Source: an uncultured Gemmatimonadales bacterium (GTDB lineage: Bacteria > Gemmatimonadota > Gemmatimonadetes > Gemmatimonadales > GWC2-71-9). From it: a stretch of 64,000 nt of DNA. Under the pieces are notes generated by a model, which saw only the letters and a program-made list of their open reading frames with translations, searched no databases and was not told where the DNA came from. Location: assembly GCA_963795085.1 (NCBI GenBank), contig CAWCFX010000002.1, positions 192,001-256,000 of the forward strand, given 5' to 3'. Made by a program: the position numbers and the translations under genes. Shown here piece after piece: positions 17,885 through 27,497 of this stretch; the first letter of the stretch is position 1, and every line of letters begins with the position of its first letter.

Positions 17885-19191
17885 TGGGCTATCCGCACCC
17901 GAGTCACCCCAGGGAAACGGTCGTCCTTTCGAAGTATTTCGGTGACGCCGCGGCCCGCACTTATGACGGCTGGATGGAGCGGGGCGGTTACCAGGCCCTG
18001 AAGCAGGCCCTGGCCATGACGCCCGAGGCCATCATCGAGGTCGTGAAGGCCTCGGGGCTTCGCGGCCGGGGCGGCGCCGGGTTTCCAACCGGTCTCAAGT
18101 GGTCCTTCATGCCGAAGGGCGACGGCAAGCCGCACTACCTGGTCTGCAACGCCGACGAGTCCGAACCGGGCACCTTCAAGGACCGGGAGATCATGCGGTG
18201 GACGCCGCACGGCCTGATCGAAGGCTGCGCCATCGCCGCCTACGCCATCGGCGCCGAGCGCTGCTACATCTACATCCGGGGGGAGTTCACGGAACCCTGG
18301 AAGGTGATGGGCCGGGCGGTCGAAGAGGCCTACGCCCAGGGCGTGCTCGGGGCCAATGCGATGGGGTCCGGCAAGCGCATTGACATCGTGCTCCACCGGG
18401 GGGCGGGCGCCTATATCTGCGGCGAAGAGACCGCCATGCTCAACTCGCTCGAGGGCAAGCGGGGCAACCCCAGGATCAAGCCGCCCTTCCCGGCCCAGGC
18501 CGGGGCTTTCGGGCTGCCCACCACGGTGAACAACGTGGAGACGCTGGCCGCGGTGCCCCACATCATGACCCGGGGCGCCGAGTGGTACAAGGGACTCTGC
18601 CTCAGCAACCCCAAGAGCACGGGGACCAAGCTGATCTCGGTGTGCGGGCACATCCAGCGGCCCGGCAACTACGAGATCACCATGGGGTTTCCCATGAAGG
18701 ACCTGATCTTCGAGATGGCCGGAGGCATGCGGCCGGGCCGCAAGCTCAAGGCGGTGATCCCCGGCGGGTCCTCGGTGCCGATCATGACCGCCGCCGAGAC
18801 CGAGGACTGCCTGATGGACTACGAGGGGATCGTGGCCCGCGGGTCGATGCTGGGCTCGGCCGGCTTCATCGTGATGGACGATTCCACCGACATGGTGTAC
18901 CAGATCTACCGGCTGGCCCGGTTCTATGCCCACGAATCGTGCGCCCAGTGCACCCAGTGCCGGGAAGGCACCGCATGGACGGTCAAGATCATGGAGCGGA
19001 TGCTGGCCGGCAAAGGCAAGCAGGAGGACCTCACCCTGCTGCTCGATCTGTCCGACCAGATGACCGGCAAGACCATCTGCGTGCTGAGCGACTCCTGCGC
19101 CGCGCCGGTCGTGAGCGGGATCCAGAAGTTCCCGGAGGAGTTCGAGGCCTACGTCTCGGGCAGCCGGAAGCCGGTGATGGCCGGAGTATGA
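17884..19191 (+). CDS. nuoF: NADH-quinone oxidoreductase subunit F
   Basis: 'GRGGAGF', 'NADESEPG', 'YICGEET', 'ESCAQCTQCREG'. Confidence 0.97.
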   Translation: MGYPHPSHPRETVVLSKYFGDAAARTYDGWMERGGYQALKQALAMTPEAIIEVVKASGLRGRGGAGFPTGLKWSFMPKGDGKPHYLVCNADESEPGTFKDREIMRWTPHGLIEGCAIAAYAIGAERCYIYIRGEFTEPWKVMGRAVEEAYAQGVLGANAMGSGKRIDIVLHRGAGAYICGEETAMLNSLEGKRGNPRIKPPFPAQAGAFGLPTTVNNVETLAAVPHIMTRGAEWYKGLCLSNPKSTGTKLISVCGHIQRPGNYEITMGFPMKDLIFEMAGGMRPGRKLKAVIPGGSSVPIMTAAETEDCLMDYEGIVARGSMLGSAGFIVMDDSTDMVYQIYRLARFYAHESCAQCTQCREGTAWTVKIMERMLAGKGKQEDLTLLLDLSDQMTGKTICVLSDSCAAPVVSGIQKFPEEFEAYVSGSRKPVMAGV

Positions 19192-19198
19192 ACAACTC

Positions 19199-19336
19199 GT
19201 ACAGAGTACCGGGTGCAGCGTGCAGCGGCACGGGCTCTCTCGCCAGACTGGGGCATGCAATGTCAGTTGGTCGAATCACCACGATGCCGGTCGATGCGGG
19301 GTGCAGGCTGCACGCTGCACGCGGCACGCGGCACGA
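19199..19336. repeat. Intergenic inverted heptamer repeats (GTGCAGC ... CTGCACG/CGGCACG)
   Basis: Seen directly between nuoF and nuoG. Confidence 0.7.
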
Positions 19337-19351
19337 CTCACCGTTACTTCC

Positions 19352-20938
19352 ATGACTCAGGATCTTGTCAAAGTCACCATCGACGGAATGGTGATTGAGG
19401 TCCCGAAGGGGACCACGATCATCGAGGCCGCCAAGCAGGCCGGCATCCTGGTGCCGCACTACTGCTATCATCCCTCGCTGCCCTCGCCGGCGGTGTGCCG
19501 GATGTGCCTGGTGGAAGTGGAAAAGGCGCCCAAGCTGGCTCCCGCCTGCGTCACCGCGGTCGCGGAGGGCCAGGTGGTGCATGTCAACAGCGCCTCGGCG
19601 AAGAAGGCCCGGGAGGGCGTGCTCGAGCTGCTGCTGATCAACCACCCGCTGGACTGCCCCATCTGCGACCAGGCGGGGGAGTGCGAACTGCAGGACTACG
19701 TCTTCCAGGAAGGCCGGGCGAACACCCGGTACGAGGCGTATGCCAAGCGGTACAACCCGGTCGAGGACTTCGGACCCGACGTATTGTACGTGCCCAACCG
19801 GTGCATCCTGTGTACCCGCTGCGTCCGGTTCATGGATGACGTGGCCAAGGACCCGGTGCTCAACGTCTCGGAGCGGGGCGACCGGGCCTTCATCGGGATC
19901 GACCCGGACCACGAGCTGACCCACATGTGGTCGGGCAACGTGGTGGATCTCTGTCCGGTTGGGTCGCTCATCAGCAAGGATTTCCTGCACAAGGCCCGGG
20001 CCTGGGACCTGGACAAGACCGCCAGCGTCTGCCCCGGCTGCAGCCAGGGCTGCAACACCATGATCGACACCCGGGACAACACGGTCGTGCGGCTGCGTCC
20101 CCGGCCCAACCTGGACGTCAACCGGCACTTCATGTGCGACTATGGCCGGCTCAACTACCGCTGGTTGAACCGGGGTGACCGGATCGAAGCGCCCCTGGTC
20201 CGGGAGGGTGGCCGCCACGTCGCGATGGACTGGGATGCGGCGCTCGAGCGGTTGGCTGAAATGGTCCGGGGCGCCTCGGGGCCGGTGGTCCTGGTCGCCG
20301 GCGGCAGCAGTTCGACCGAAGACCTGGCCTATGTGAAGCAGTTGCTGGACGGCGCCGCCCTGACCGCTGCCGCGCTCGTGCCCGAGTCGGGCGACGAGCA
20401 TCCCCTGCCCGGGATCCCCAACCTGGCGCTCCGGTCGGCCCGCGCGGCCAACGGCGACGGGGCCCGGCTGCTGGGGTACCAGGTCGGCGATGGCACTGCG
20501 GCGCTGCGAGCGGCGGAAACGGCCGGCCTCGTGGTCCTGCTCAACGCCGAGCTGCCGGAGGCGGCCGCCGCGCGGCTCGCGGGGCACAGCGGCCTGGTCA
20601 TCATCGGCACGGTTGCCAGCGACCTCGATCGCCATGCCCAGCTCGTGCTTCCCATGACCAACATGGCCGAAGAGCATGGCACGTTCGTGAACCGGGACCT
20701 CCGGGTCCAGCGCTACAACCAGGCCCGCAGTCCGCTCGGGATGGCCCGCCCGGCCTGGTGGATCGCCGCCGAGACGATGGCGGTCGCCACGGCGGGGTAC
20801 CGGGGACCGGGCACGGCGGCAGAGGCCTTTGACATGATGGCCGATTCGGTCGCCGCCTTTGGCGGTCTCCGGCACGCGGACCTGGGCCTGACCGGGCGGG
20901 TCCTGGCCGCCGCGCCGGCCGCGGAGGCGACCCGGTGA
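19352..20938 (+). CDS. nuoG: NADH-quinone oxidoreductase subunit G (short form)
   Basis: 'PHYCYH...CRMC', 'HPLDCPICDQAGEC', 'CILCTRC'. Confidence 0.95.
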   Translation: MTQDLVKVTIDGMVIEVPKGTTIIEAAKQAGILVPHYCYHPSLPSPAVCRMCLVEVEKAPKLAPACVTAVAEGQVVHVNSASAKKAREGVLELLLINHPLDCPICDQAGECELQDYVFQEGRANTRYEAYAKRYNPVEDFGPDVLYVPNRCILCTRCVRFMDDVAKDPVLNVSERGDRAFIGIDPDHELTHMWSGNVVDLCPVGSLISKDFLHKARAWDLDKTASVCPGCSQGCNTMIDTRDNTVVRLRPRPNLDVNRHFMCDYGRLNYRWLNRGDRIEAPLVREGGRHVAMDWDAALERLAEMVRGASGPVVLVAGGSSSTEDLAYVKQLLDGAALTAAALVPESGDEHPLPGIPNLALRSARAANGDGARLLGYQVGDGTAALRAAETAGLVVLLNAELPEAAAARLAGHSGLVIIGTVASDLDRHAQLVLPMTNMAEEHGTFVNRDLRVQRYNQARSPLGMARPAWWIAAETMAVATAGYRGPGTAAEAFDMMADSVAAFGGLRHADLGLTGRVLAAAPAAEATR

Positions 20939-22182
20939 CGCCCGAACTGAAGGGGTTCCTGCTGGTCACCGCCCTCAAGATGCTGCTGGTCTTCACGGTG
21001 GTCATGGTGGGCGTGGCGCTGCTCACGCTCATGGAGCGCAAGGTCTCCGCCTGGATGCAGAACCGGATCGGGCCCAACCGGGTCGGCTACGGGGGGCTGC
21101 TGCAGCCGGCCGCCGACGGCCTCAAGAACATCCTCAAGGAGGAAACCAATCCTCCCTTCGCCAGCCGGATCCTGTTCAACCTGGCGCCGGCCATGGCCTT
21201 CATTCCGGCCCTGCTCCTGTCGGCGGTGATTCCGTTCGCGGCGCCGCTGCCGGTCTCGTTCGATTTCACGGTTCCGCTGCTGGGGCGTTTCCTGCACACC
21301 GGGTCCACCCCCATGGTGGTGGCGGACCTGCCGGTCGGCTTTCTCTTCGTGATCGCGATCAGCTCGCTGGGCGTGTACGGGATCGCGCTGGCCGGCTGGG
21401 CGTCGAACAGCAAGTACTCTCTGCTGGGCGGGCTCCGGGCCAGCGCCCAGATGGTTTCCTACGAGGTGGCGATGGGGATGAGCCTGATCCCGGTGCTGCT
21501 CCTGGCCGGCAATGTCTCGTTCTCGTCCATCATCGCCAGCCAGCAGGCGGGGCTCTGGTACATCCTGCCGCTGTTCCTGTCGTTCTTCGTGTTTCTGATC
21601 TCGGGGTTTGCGGAGACCAACCGGCTGCCCTTCGACATGCCGGAGGCGGAGTCGGAGCTGATCGCCGGCTACCACACCGAGTACAGCGCGATGAAGTTCT
21701 CGCTGTTCTTCATCGCCGAGTACGCCAACATGGTTACCATCTCGGCGATGACGGCGACCCTGTTCTTCGGGGGCTGGGACATCCCGGGCAGCTGGGACCA
21801 GACCCACAGCGGGCTCCTGGTGACCCTGGCGACCGGGCTGGCCTTCTTCCTCAAGGTCTTCTTCTTCCTGTTCCTGTTCATGTGGATCCGGTGGACGCTG
21901 CCCCGGTTCCGGTTCGACCAGCTCATGGCCCTGGGGTGGAAGGTGCTGCTGCCGATGGCGCTGGCCTATATCATGGTGACCGCGGCGGCGATTTTCGTGA
22001 TCCAGGACCTGCTGGGGGTGACCAGCGTCCGGCTGCAGCACCTGATCCTGTTCGGGCTCAACGTGGTGCTGGGCTGGCTGGTGTTCTTCCTGCTGGACCG
22101 GGACACGGTGATCGCGGGGTCCCAGATGCGGAGGAGGGAAGGGCTGGTGAAGACAGGGGCCGCGGCGCCGGAGGCAGGGTAG
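20935..22182 (+). CDS. nuoH: NADH-quinone oxidoreductase subunit H
   Basis: 'ERKV...GPNRVG', 'AETNRLPFD.PEAESEL'. Confidence 0.97.
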   Translation: MTPELKGFLLVTALKMLLVFTVVMVGVALLTLMERKVSAWMQNRIGPNRVGYGGLLQPAADGLKNILKEETNPPFASRILFNLAPAMAFIPALLLSAVIPFAAPLPVSFDFTVPLLGRFLHTGSTPMVVADLPVGFLFVIAISSLGVYGIALAGWASNSKYSLLGGLRASAQMVSYEVAMGMSLIPVLLLAGNVSFSSIIASQQAGLWYILPLFLSFFVFLISGFAETNRLPFDMPEAESELIAGYHTEYSAMKFSLFFIAEYANMVTISAMTATLFFGGWDIPGSWDQTHSGLLVTLATGLAFFLKVFFFLFLFMWIRWTLPRFRFDQLMALGWKVLLPMALAYIMVTAAAIFVIQDLLGVTSVRLQHLILFGLNVVLGWLVFFLLDRDTVIAGSQMRRREGLVKTGAAAPEAG

Positions 22183-22358
22183 TTCCGGGGCGGGCGACTT
22201 CAATGAGCGGGACGGTTGTGTCCGAAAATCACGAACCCACGCAGGATCGCGAACACTCGACGCACGCGGTACGACGGACAAACTACCGAAGATGCTTTCG
22301 TGATCCTGTACTCGAACCTGCATCACCGAGATGCCGGGGTAACCCAAACGGAGCCTGA

Positions 22359-22865
22359 ATGGCAATCGGCGTCAAAATCATGAAGCGGCCGGATGAGAAG
22401 GTGTCCTACATCCGCGCCACCCTCAAGGGCATGGCGCTCACCTTCAAGCATATTTTCCAGCCGAAGGTCACCATGCAGTACCCGGAGCAGAAGAGCACCG
22501 CCGACTGGAGCATCTCGCCCCGGTGGCGGGGCACCCACCGGATGCTCACCGACGAGCAGGGCCGGTCCAAGTGCGTGGCCTGCGGCCTCTGTCCCCAGAT
22601 CTGCCCGGCCAACTGCATCAAGCTGGTGCCGGGCGAAGACGAGGAGGGCAACCGCTACCCACTGATCTACGAGATCGACGAGTTCCGCTGCGTCTTCTGC
22701 GGGTACTGCCAGGAGGTCTGTCCCGAGGAGGCAATCCACGTGGGGGTCCACTTCGAGAACTCGGAGTACTCCCGGGAGCGGTTCGTGTACGACCTGGAGC
22801 GGCTGCAGTCGCAGACCCATGCCGTGTCCACGTTGTGGGATCCCACCGATCCCCGGGGCGAATAG
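22359..22865 (+). CDS. nuoI: NADH-quinone oxidoreductase subunit I
   Basis: Two CxxCxxCxxxCP motifs. Confidence 0.97.
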   Translation: MAIGVKIMKRPDEKVSYIRATLKGMALTFKHIFQPKVTMQYPEQKSTADWSISPRWRGTHRMLTDEQGRSKCVACGLCPQICPANCIKLVPGEDEEGNRYPLIYEIDEFRCVFCGYCQEVCPEEAIHVGVHFENSEYSRERFVYDLERLQSQTHAVSTLWDPTDPRGE

Positions 22866-23423
22866 ATGACGCACGCGGTCTTCTATTTCTTCGCCACGGT
22901 CGCCCTGCTGTCGGCGCTGCTCTGCATCCTGCAGAAGAATCCGATCGCGGCGGCGCTCTGGCTGGTGAGCACCATGTTCTCGCTGGCGGCCATTTACGTG
23001 CTGCTGCACGCGCCCTTCATCGCGGCCATCCAGGTGCTGGTGTACGCCGGGGCGGTGATGGTGCTTTTCCTGTTCGTGATCATGCTGCTCAACCTGGGCA
23101 AGGCGAAGAGCGATCTCCGCGGTTTCGGGTACGGGCTGGTTGCCCTGGTGGTGGTGGGGATCCTGGCGTCGCAGCTGCTGCCCCTGATCCGCTACAGCCC
23201 GGAACGGGTCACCCTGGAGTATACCGGCACCGAGGCGATGGCCAATCCCGACCTGGTCTTCCCGGCCGGGCGGGCCGGGCTGGAGGCGACCCAGTCCCAG
23301 GGGGTCGTGGGGGCGGTGGCCCAGCCGCTGTTTGAAGCCTACCTGGTTCCGTTCGAGCTCACCTCGATACTGCTGCTGGCCGCCATCGTGGGCGCGGTCG
23401 TGCTGGCGAAGCGGAGGATCTGA
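22866..23423 (+). CDS. nuoJ: NADH-quinone oxidoreductase subunit J
   Basis: '[18 protein letters not shown]', 'PFELTS'. Confidence 0.96.
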   Translation: MTHAVFYFFATVALLSALLCILQKNPIAAALWLVSTMFSLAAIYVLLHAPFIAAIQVLVYAGAVMVLFLFVIMLLNLGKAKSDLRGFGYGLVALVVVGILASQLLPLIRYSPERVTLEYTGTEAMANPDLVFPAGRAGLEATQSQGVVGAVAQPLFEAYLVPFELTSILLLAAIVGAVVLAKRRI

Positions 23424-23719
23424 TGCTGCTGGGCGAGTCCCTGGCCCTCTCGGCCCTCCTGTTCAGCCTCGGCGTGGCCGGGGTCCTGATCCGGCGCAAT
23501 GCCATCGTGCTGTTCATGTGCATCGAGCTCATGCTCAACGCCGTGAATCTGGCGTTCGTGGCGCTGGCCCAGGTCCACGGCCTGGGCGGGCAGGTCATCG
23601 TGTTCTTCGTGATGACGGTGGCGGCGGCGGAAGCCGCGGTCGGGCTGGCCATCATCCTGGCCATCTTCCGGCATACCGAGTCGGTGGACCTCAATAACAT
23701 CAACCTGCTCAAGGGCTGA
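23423..23719 (+). CDS. nuoK: NADH-quinone oxidoreductase subunit K
   Basis: 'ELMLNAVNL', 'AAEAAVGLA'. Confidence 0.97.
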   Translation: MLLGESLALSALLFSLGVAGVLIRRNAIVLFMCIELMLNAVNLAFVALAQVHGLGGQVIVFFVMTVAAAEAAVGLAIILAIFRHTESVDLNNINLLKG

Positions 23720-25773
23720 TGACTTCCCCTCTTCTGGCCGTACTCGGGACCCCGTACGCGGCGCTGACCCAGCACGCCGGCCCGGGCGGAGCGCTGGCGG
23801 GGTCAGCGGCCGACTGGATCTGGCTGGCCGTCGCGCTTCCGTTCCTCGGATTCCTGGTCAACGGCACCCTCGGGTTTGTCCGTCCCCAGGCCCGCCGGAC
23901 CGTGGCCGCGGTCGGGGTCGGCGTCATGGTGGCCGCCTTCGTCCTCGCCGTGGCAGTGTTCCTCGCCGTGCGCGCGGCCCACCCGGAGGCGCCGCACGTG
24001 GTGCGGCTCTGGTCCTGGATGCCGGCCGGGACGCTCCAGGTGGATTTTGCCTTCCAGGTGGACCAGTTGTCCACCGTGATGCTGCTGGTCATCACCGGGG
24101 TGGGCGCCTTGATCCACGTGTTCAGCGTGGGATATATGTGGAGCGACGAGGGGTTCGCGCGTTACTTCGCCTACCTGAACCTGTTCGTGTCCTTCATGCT
24201 GGTCCTGGTGCTGGGCGCCAATTTCCCCATGATGTTCATCGGCTGGGAAGGGGTAGGGCTCTGCAGCTACCTGTTGATCGGCTTCTGGTACAACGTCAAG
24301 GCCAACGCGGACGCCGGCAAGAAGGCGTTCATCGTCAACCGGATCGGCGATTTCGGGTTCCTGGTCGCGATGTTCCTGATCTGGACTTCGGTGGGATCGC
24401 TGGACTTCGTCGCGGTCTTCGACCGGGCGCCGGATGTCTTCCGGGTCGGCGGGCCGGTGGTCACCGCGATCACCCTCTTCCTGCTGCTGGGGTGCACCGG
24501 GAAATCGGCCCAGATTCCGCTCTATACCTGGCTCCCCGACGCGATGGCGGGCCCGACACCGGTCTCCGCCCTGATCCATGCCGCGACCATGGTGACCGCC
24601 GGCGTGTACCTGGTCGCCCGGACCAACCTGCTCTTTACGCTGGCGCCGACGTCCAGCCTGGTCACGGCGGGCATCGGGGCGCTGACCGCGCTGTTCGCCG
24701 CGACGATCGGCCTCCGCCAGTATGACATCAAGAAGGTGCTGGCCTATTCGACCGTCTCCCAGCTGGGCTACATGTTCCTGGGCGTCGGCGCCGCCGGCTA
24801 CGCCGCCGGAGTGTTTCACCTGGTCACCCATGCCTTCTTCAAGGCGCTGCTGTTCCTCGGCGCCGGCAGCGTGATCTACGCGATGCACCACGCGTACCAC
24901 GCCACCCACTCCCACGAAGACGCGCAGGACATGCGCAACATGGGCGGGCTGCGGCGGTACATGCCGTGGACCTTCGCACTGATGGGGCTGGCCACGCTCG
25001 CCATCGCGGGGATTCCGCCCTTCTCGGGCTTCTTCTCGAAGGATGAAATCCTGGCGACGGCGTTCGCGCGGGGCTCCGACCACCCGTTGTACTACCTCTT
25101 CTACGCCATGGGCCTGGCGGCGGCCGGGATCACCGCCTTCTACATGGCGCGGCTGATGGCCATGACCTTCCTGGGCGAGAACCGCTCGGGCGAGACGGCA
25201 CGGGAGCACCTGCACGAGGCGCCCTGGGTCATGACTGGTCCGCTGCTGGTCCTCGGCGTCCTGAGCGTCGTGGGCGGGGTGCTCAACCTTCCGCCCGTTA
25301 TCGGCGGCAACCTGGCGCTCCACCACTGGCTGCTGCCGCTGCTGGACACCAGCGAGGGGTTCCTGGCTCCGCACCAGCTGTCGCACGGCACCGAGTATCT
25401 GCTGATCGGGGCCGCCGTCGTGGTCGGAGTCGCCGGGCTGGTGCTGGGATACCGGGCCACCCTGGCGGCGGAGATCGTCCCCGCCGCGCGGGCCCCGCGG
25501 GAGCAGGGCTTCGCCCGGGTTCTCCTGCACAAGTATTACGTGGACGAGATCTACGACGCGGTGATCGTCCGGCCGCTGGCCTGGTTCAGCCGGGCCGTGC
25601 TGTGGCGGCAGGTGGATAGCAACCTCATCGACGGCCTGGCGGTTAACGGTTCCGGGCGGCTGTCCCGGGTGACGGGCCGCCTGGGCAGCGCGCTGCAGAG
25701 CGGCCGGGTCGGCGCCTATGTGGTGGCGTTCCTGGTGGGGGCGCTGTGGATTCTGTACGCGGTGATACCCTGA
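23719..25773 (+). CDS. nuoL: NADH-quinone oxidoreductase subunit L
   Basis: 'GWEGVGLCSY', 'WLPDAMAGPTPVSALIHAATMV'. Confidence 0.97.
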   Translation: MTSPLLAVLGTPYAALTQHAGPGGALAGSAADWIWLAVALPFLGFLVNGTLGFVRPQARRTVAAVGVGVMVAAFVLAVAVFLAVRAAHPEAPHVVRLWSWMPAGTLQVDFAFQVDQLSTVMLLVITGVGALIHVFSVGYMWSDEGFARYFAYLNLFVSFMLVLVLGANFPMMFIGWEGVGLCSYLLIGFWYNVKANADAGKKAFIVNRIGDFGFLVAMFLIWTSVGSLDFVAVFDRAPDVFRVGGPVVTAITLFLLLGCTGKSAQIPLYTWLPDAMAGPTPVSALIHAATMVTAGVYLVARTNLLFTLAPTSSLVTAGIGALTALFAATIGLRQYDIKKVLAYSTVSQLGYMFLGVGAAGYAAGVFHLVTHAFFKALLFLGAGSVIYAMHHAYHATHSHEDAQDMRNMGGLRRYMPWTFALMGLATLAIAGIPPFSGFFSKDEILATAFARGSDHPLYYLFYAMGLAAAGITAFYMARLMAMTFLGENRSGETAREHLHEAPWVMTGPLLVLGVLSVVGGVLNLPPVIGGNLALHHWLLPLLDTSEGFLAPHQLSHGTEYLLIGAAVVVGVAGLVLGYRATLAAEIVPAARAPREQGFARVLLHKYYVDEIYDAVIVRPLAWFSRAVLWRQVDSNLIDGLAVNGSGRLSRVTGRLGSALQSGRVGAYVVAFLVGALWILYAVIP

Positions 25774-25777
25774 GAGG

Positions 25778-25848
25778 GCAGAGTACAGAGTACAGAGTGC
25801 AGAGTGGAGAGTACAGAGTGCAGAGTGCAGCGTGCAGAGTGCAGCGTG
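25778..25848. repeat. Tandem heptamer array (GCAGAGT/ACAGAGT), about 10 copies
   Basis: Immediately after the nuoL stop codon. Confidence 0.9.
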
Positions 25849-25937
25849 ATGGATTTCTCCTGGATGGCCCATTGAATGATCGATGACATGACCCAGATTT
25901 TCAGCACCCGGTACGCGGCACCACTCGCGACCGCGCC

Positions 25938-27497
25938 ATGACGGCCTTTCTCGCGTCGGTCGGCTACGACCGCTGGATCCTGCATGTCCTGCTGCTTCTA
26001 CCGCTGGCGGGCATGCTGCCGGTGCTGCTGGCCCCGGCCCGGCTGGCCCGCCAGCTGGCCCTGTGGATCACGGTGCTCGAGTTCATCCTCTCCATGGGGC
26101 TCTGGTGGGCCTACGTGCCCCAGGCCGGCATGCAGTTCACCGCCACGGTGGACTGGCTGCCCGACTGGGGGATCGCCTACCGGGTGGGGCTGGACGGGAT
26201 TTCCCTGTTCATGGTGCTCCTGTCCACCGCCCTGATGCCGCTCTGCGTACTGGGCAGCTGGCAGTACATCACCGAGCGGGAGCGGGGGTATTACGCGCTG
26301 TTGCTGGCGCTGCTGACCGGCATGCTGGGCGTGTTCGTGTCGCTCGACATGTTCGTGTTCTACGTGTTCTGGGAAGTCATGCTCATCCCGATGTATTTCA
26401 TCATCGGGATCTGGGGCGGGCAGCGGCGGCTCTACGCGGCCATCAAGTTCTTTGTCTACACGTTCGCCGGCTCGATTCTCATGCTGGTCGCGATCCTGGT
26501 GATGGTGCGCCGGATCGGCGCCGTGACCGGCACGTATTCGTTCGCTTACGACCACCTGCTGGAGCACGCGGCCCTGATCGGCCCCGCCGCCCCCTGGCTG
26601 TTCGCGGCGTTCGCGCTCGCCTTCGCCATCAAGGTCCCGATCTTCCCCTTCCACACCTGGCTGCCCGATGCCCACGTGGAGGCGCCCACGGCGGGCAGCG
26701 TGCTGCTGGCCAGCGTCCTGCTCAAGATGGGCACCTACGGCTTCCTCCGGTTCGCGGTTCCCTTCTTTCCCGAGGTCGCCCTGAGCCCGGCCGTCACGAC
26801 CCTGATGGTGTCCCTGGCGGTGATCGGCATCATCTACGGCGCGCTGGTTGCGATGGTCCAGCCTGACATCAAGAAACTGGTGGCCTACTCCTCGGTGAGC
26901 CATCTCGGGTTCGTGATGCTGGGCATCTGGGCCGCGACCCTGCAAAGCGTGCAGGGCGCCCTCATGGTCATGATCGGCCATGGCCTCTCCACCGGCGCGC
27001 TCTTCTTCCTGATCGGCATGCTCTACGAACGGCGCCACACCCGGCTGATCGAATCCTACGGCGGTATCGCGCGGGTGGTCCCGCTGTTCAGCGCGATTTT
27101 CACCCTGGTGGCGCTGGCTTCCATCGGCCTGCCGGGGCTGAACGGGTTCGTCGGTGAGTTCCTGGTGCTGGTGGGCAGCTTTCCCCGACATCCCCTCGCG
27201 ACCGGGGTGGCCACCACCGGGGTGATCTTCGCGGCCGCCTACCTGCTCTGGGCCCTGCAGCGGATCATTTTCAACCCGCTCGACAACGACGAGAACCGGA
27301 CGCTGGCGGACCTTTCGCCCCGGGAACTCGCGGTCCTGCTCCCCCTGGTGCTGGGGATCGTGTGGATGGGACTCTATCCCAAGCCGGTGCTGGAGCGCAT
27401 GGAGCCCTCCGCCCAGCAATACGTGGATCATGTGCAGCCCGCCCTCGAGCGGAGCCGGACTACCCCGGCGGCAAACCGGGCGGAGACCCAGCCATGA
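25938..27497 (+). CDS. nuoM: NADH-quinone oxidoreductase subunit M
   Basis: 'HTWLPDAHVEAPT.GS..LA..LLKMG.YG'. Confidence 0.97.
   Translation: MTAFLASVGYDRWILHVLLLLPLAGMLPVLLAPARLARQLALWITVLEFILSMGLWWAYVPQAGMQFTATVDWLPDWGIAYRVGLDGISLFMVLLSTALMPLCVLGSWQYITERERGYYALLLALLTGMLGVFVSLDMFVFYVFWEVMLIPMYFIIGIWGGQRRLYAAIKFFVYTFAGSILMLVAILVMVRRIGAVTGTYSFAYDHLLEHAALIGPAAPWLFAAFALAFAIKVPIFPFHTWLPDAHVEAPTAGSVLLASVLLKMGTYGFLRFAVPFFPEVALSPAVTTLMVSLAVIGIIYGALVAMVQPDIKKLVAYSSVSHLGFVMLGIWAATLQSVQGALMVMIGHGLSTGALFFLIGMLYERRHTRLIESYGGIARVVPLFSAIFTLVALASIGLPGLNGFVGEFLVLVGSFPRHPLATGVATTGVIFAAAYLLWALQRIIFNPLDNDENRTLADLSPRELAVLLPLVLGIVWMGLYPKPVLERMEPSAQQYVDHVQPALERSRTTPAANRAETQP

Noticed and set aside
19352..20938. 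nuoG as a truncated pseudogene
   Set aside because: All N-terminal Fe-S motifs are intact, the frame is continuous and coupled to nuoH; a shortened C-terminal domain is a plausible natural variant.
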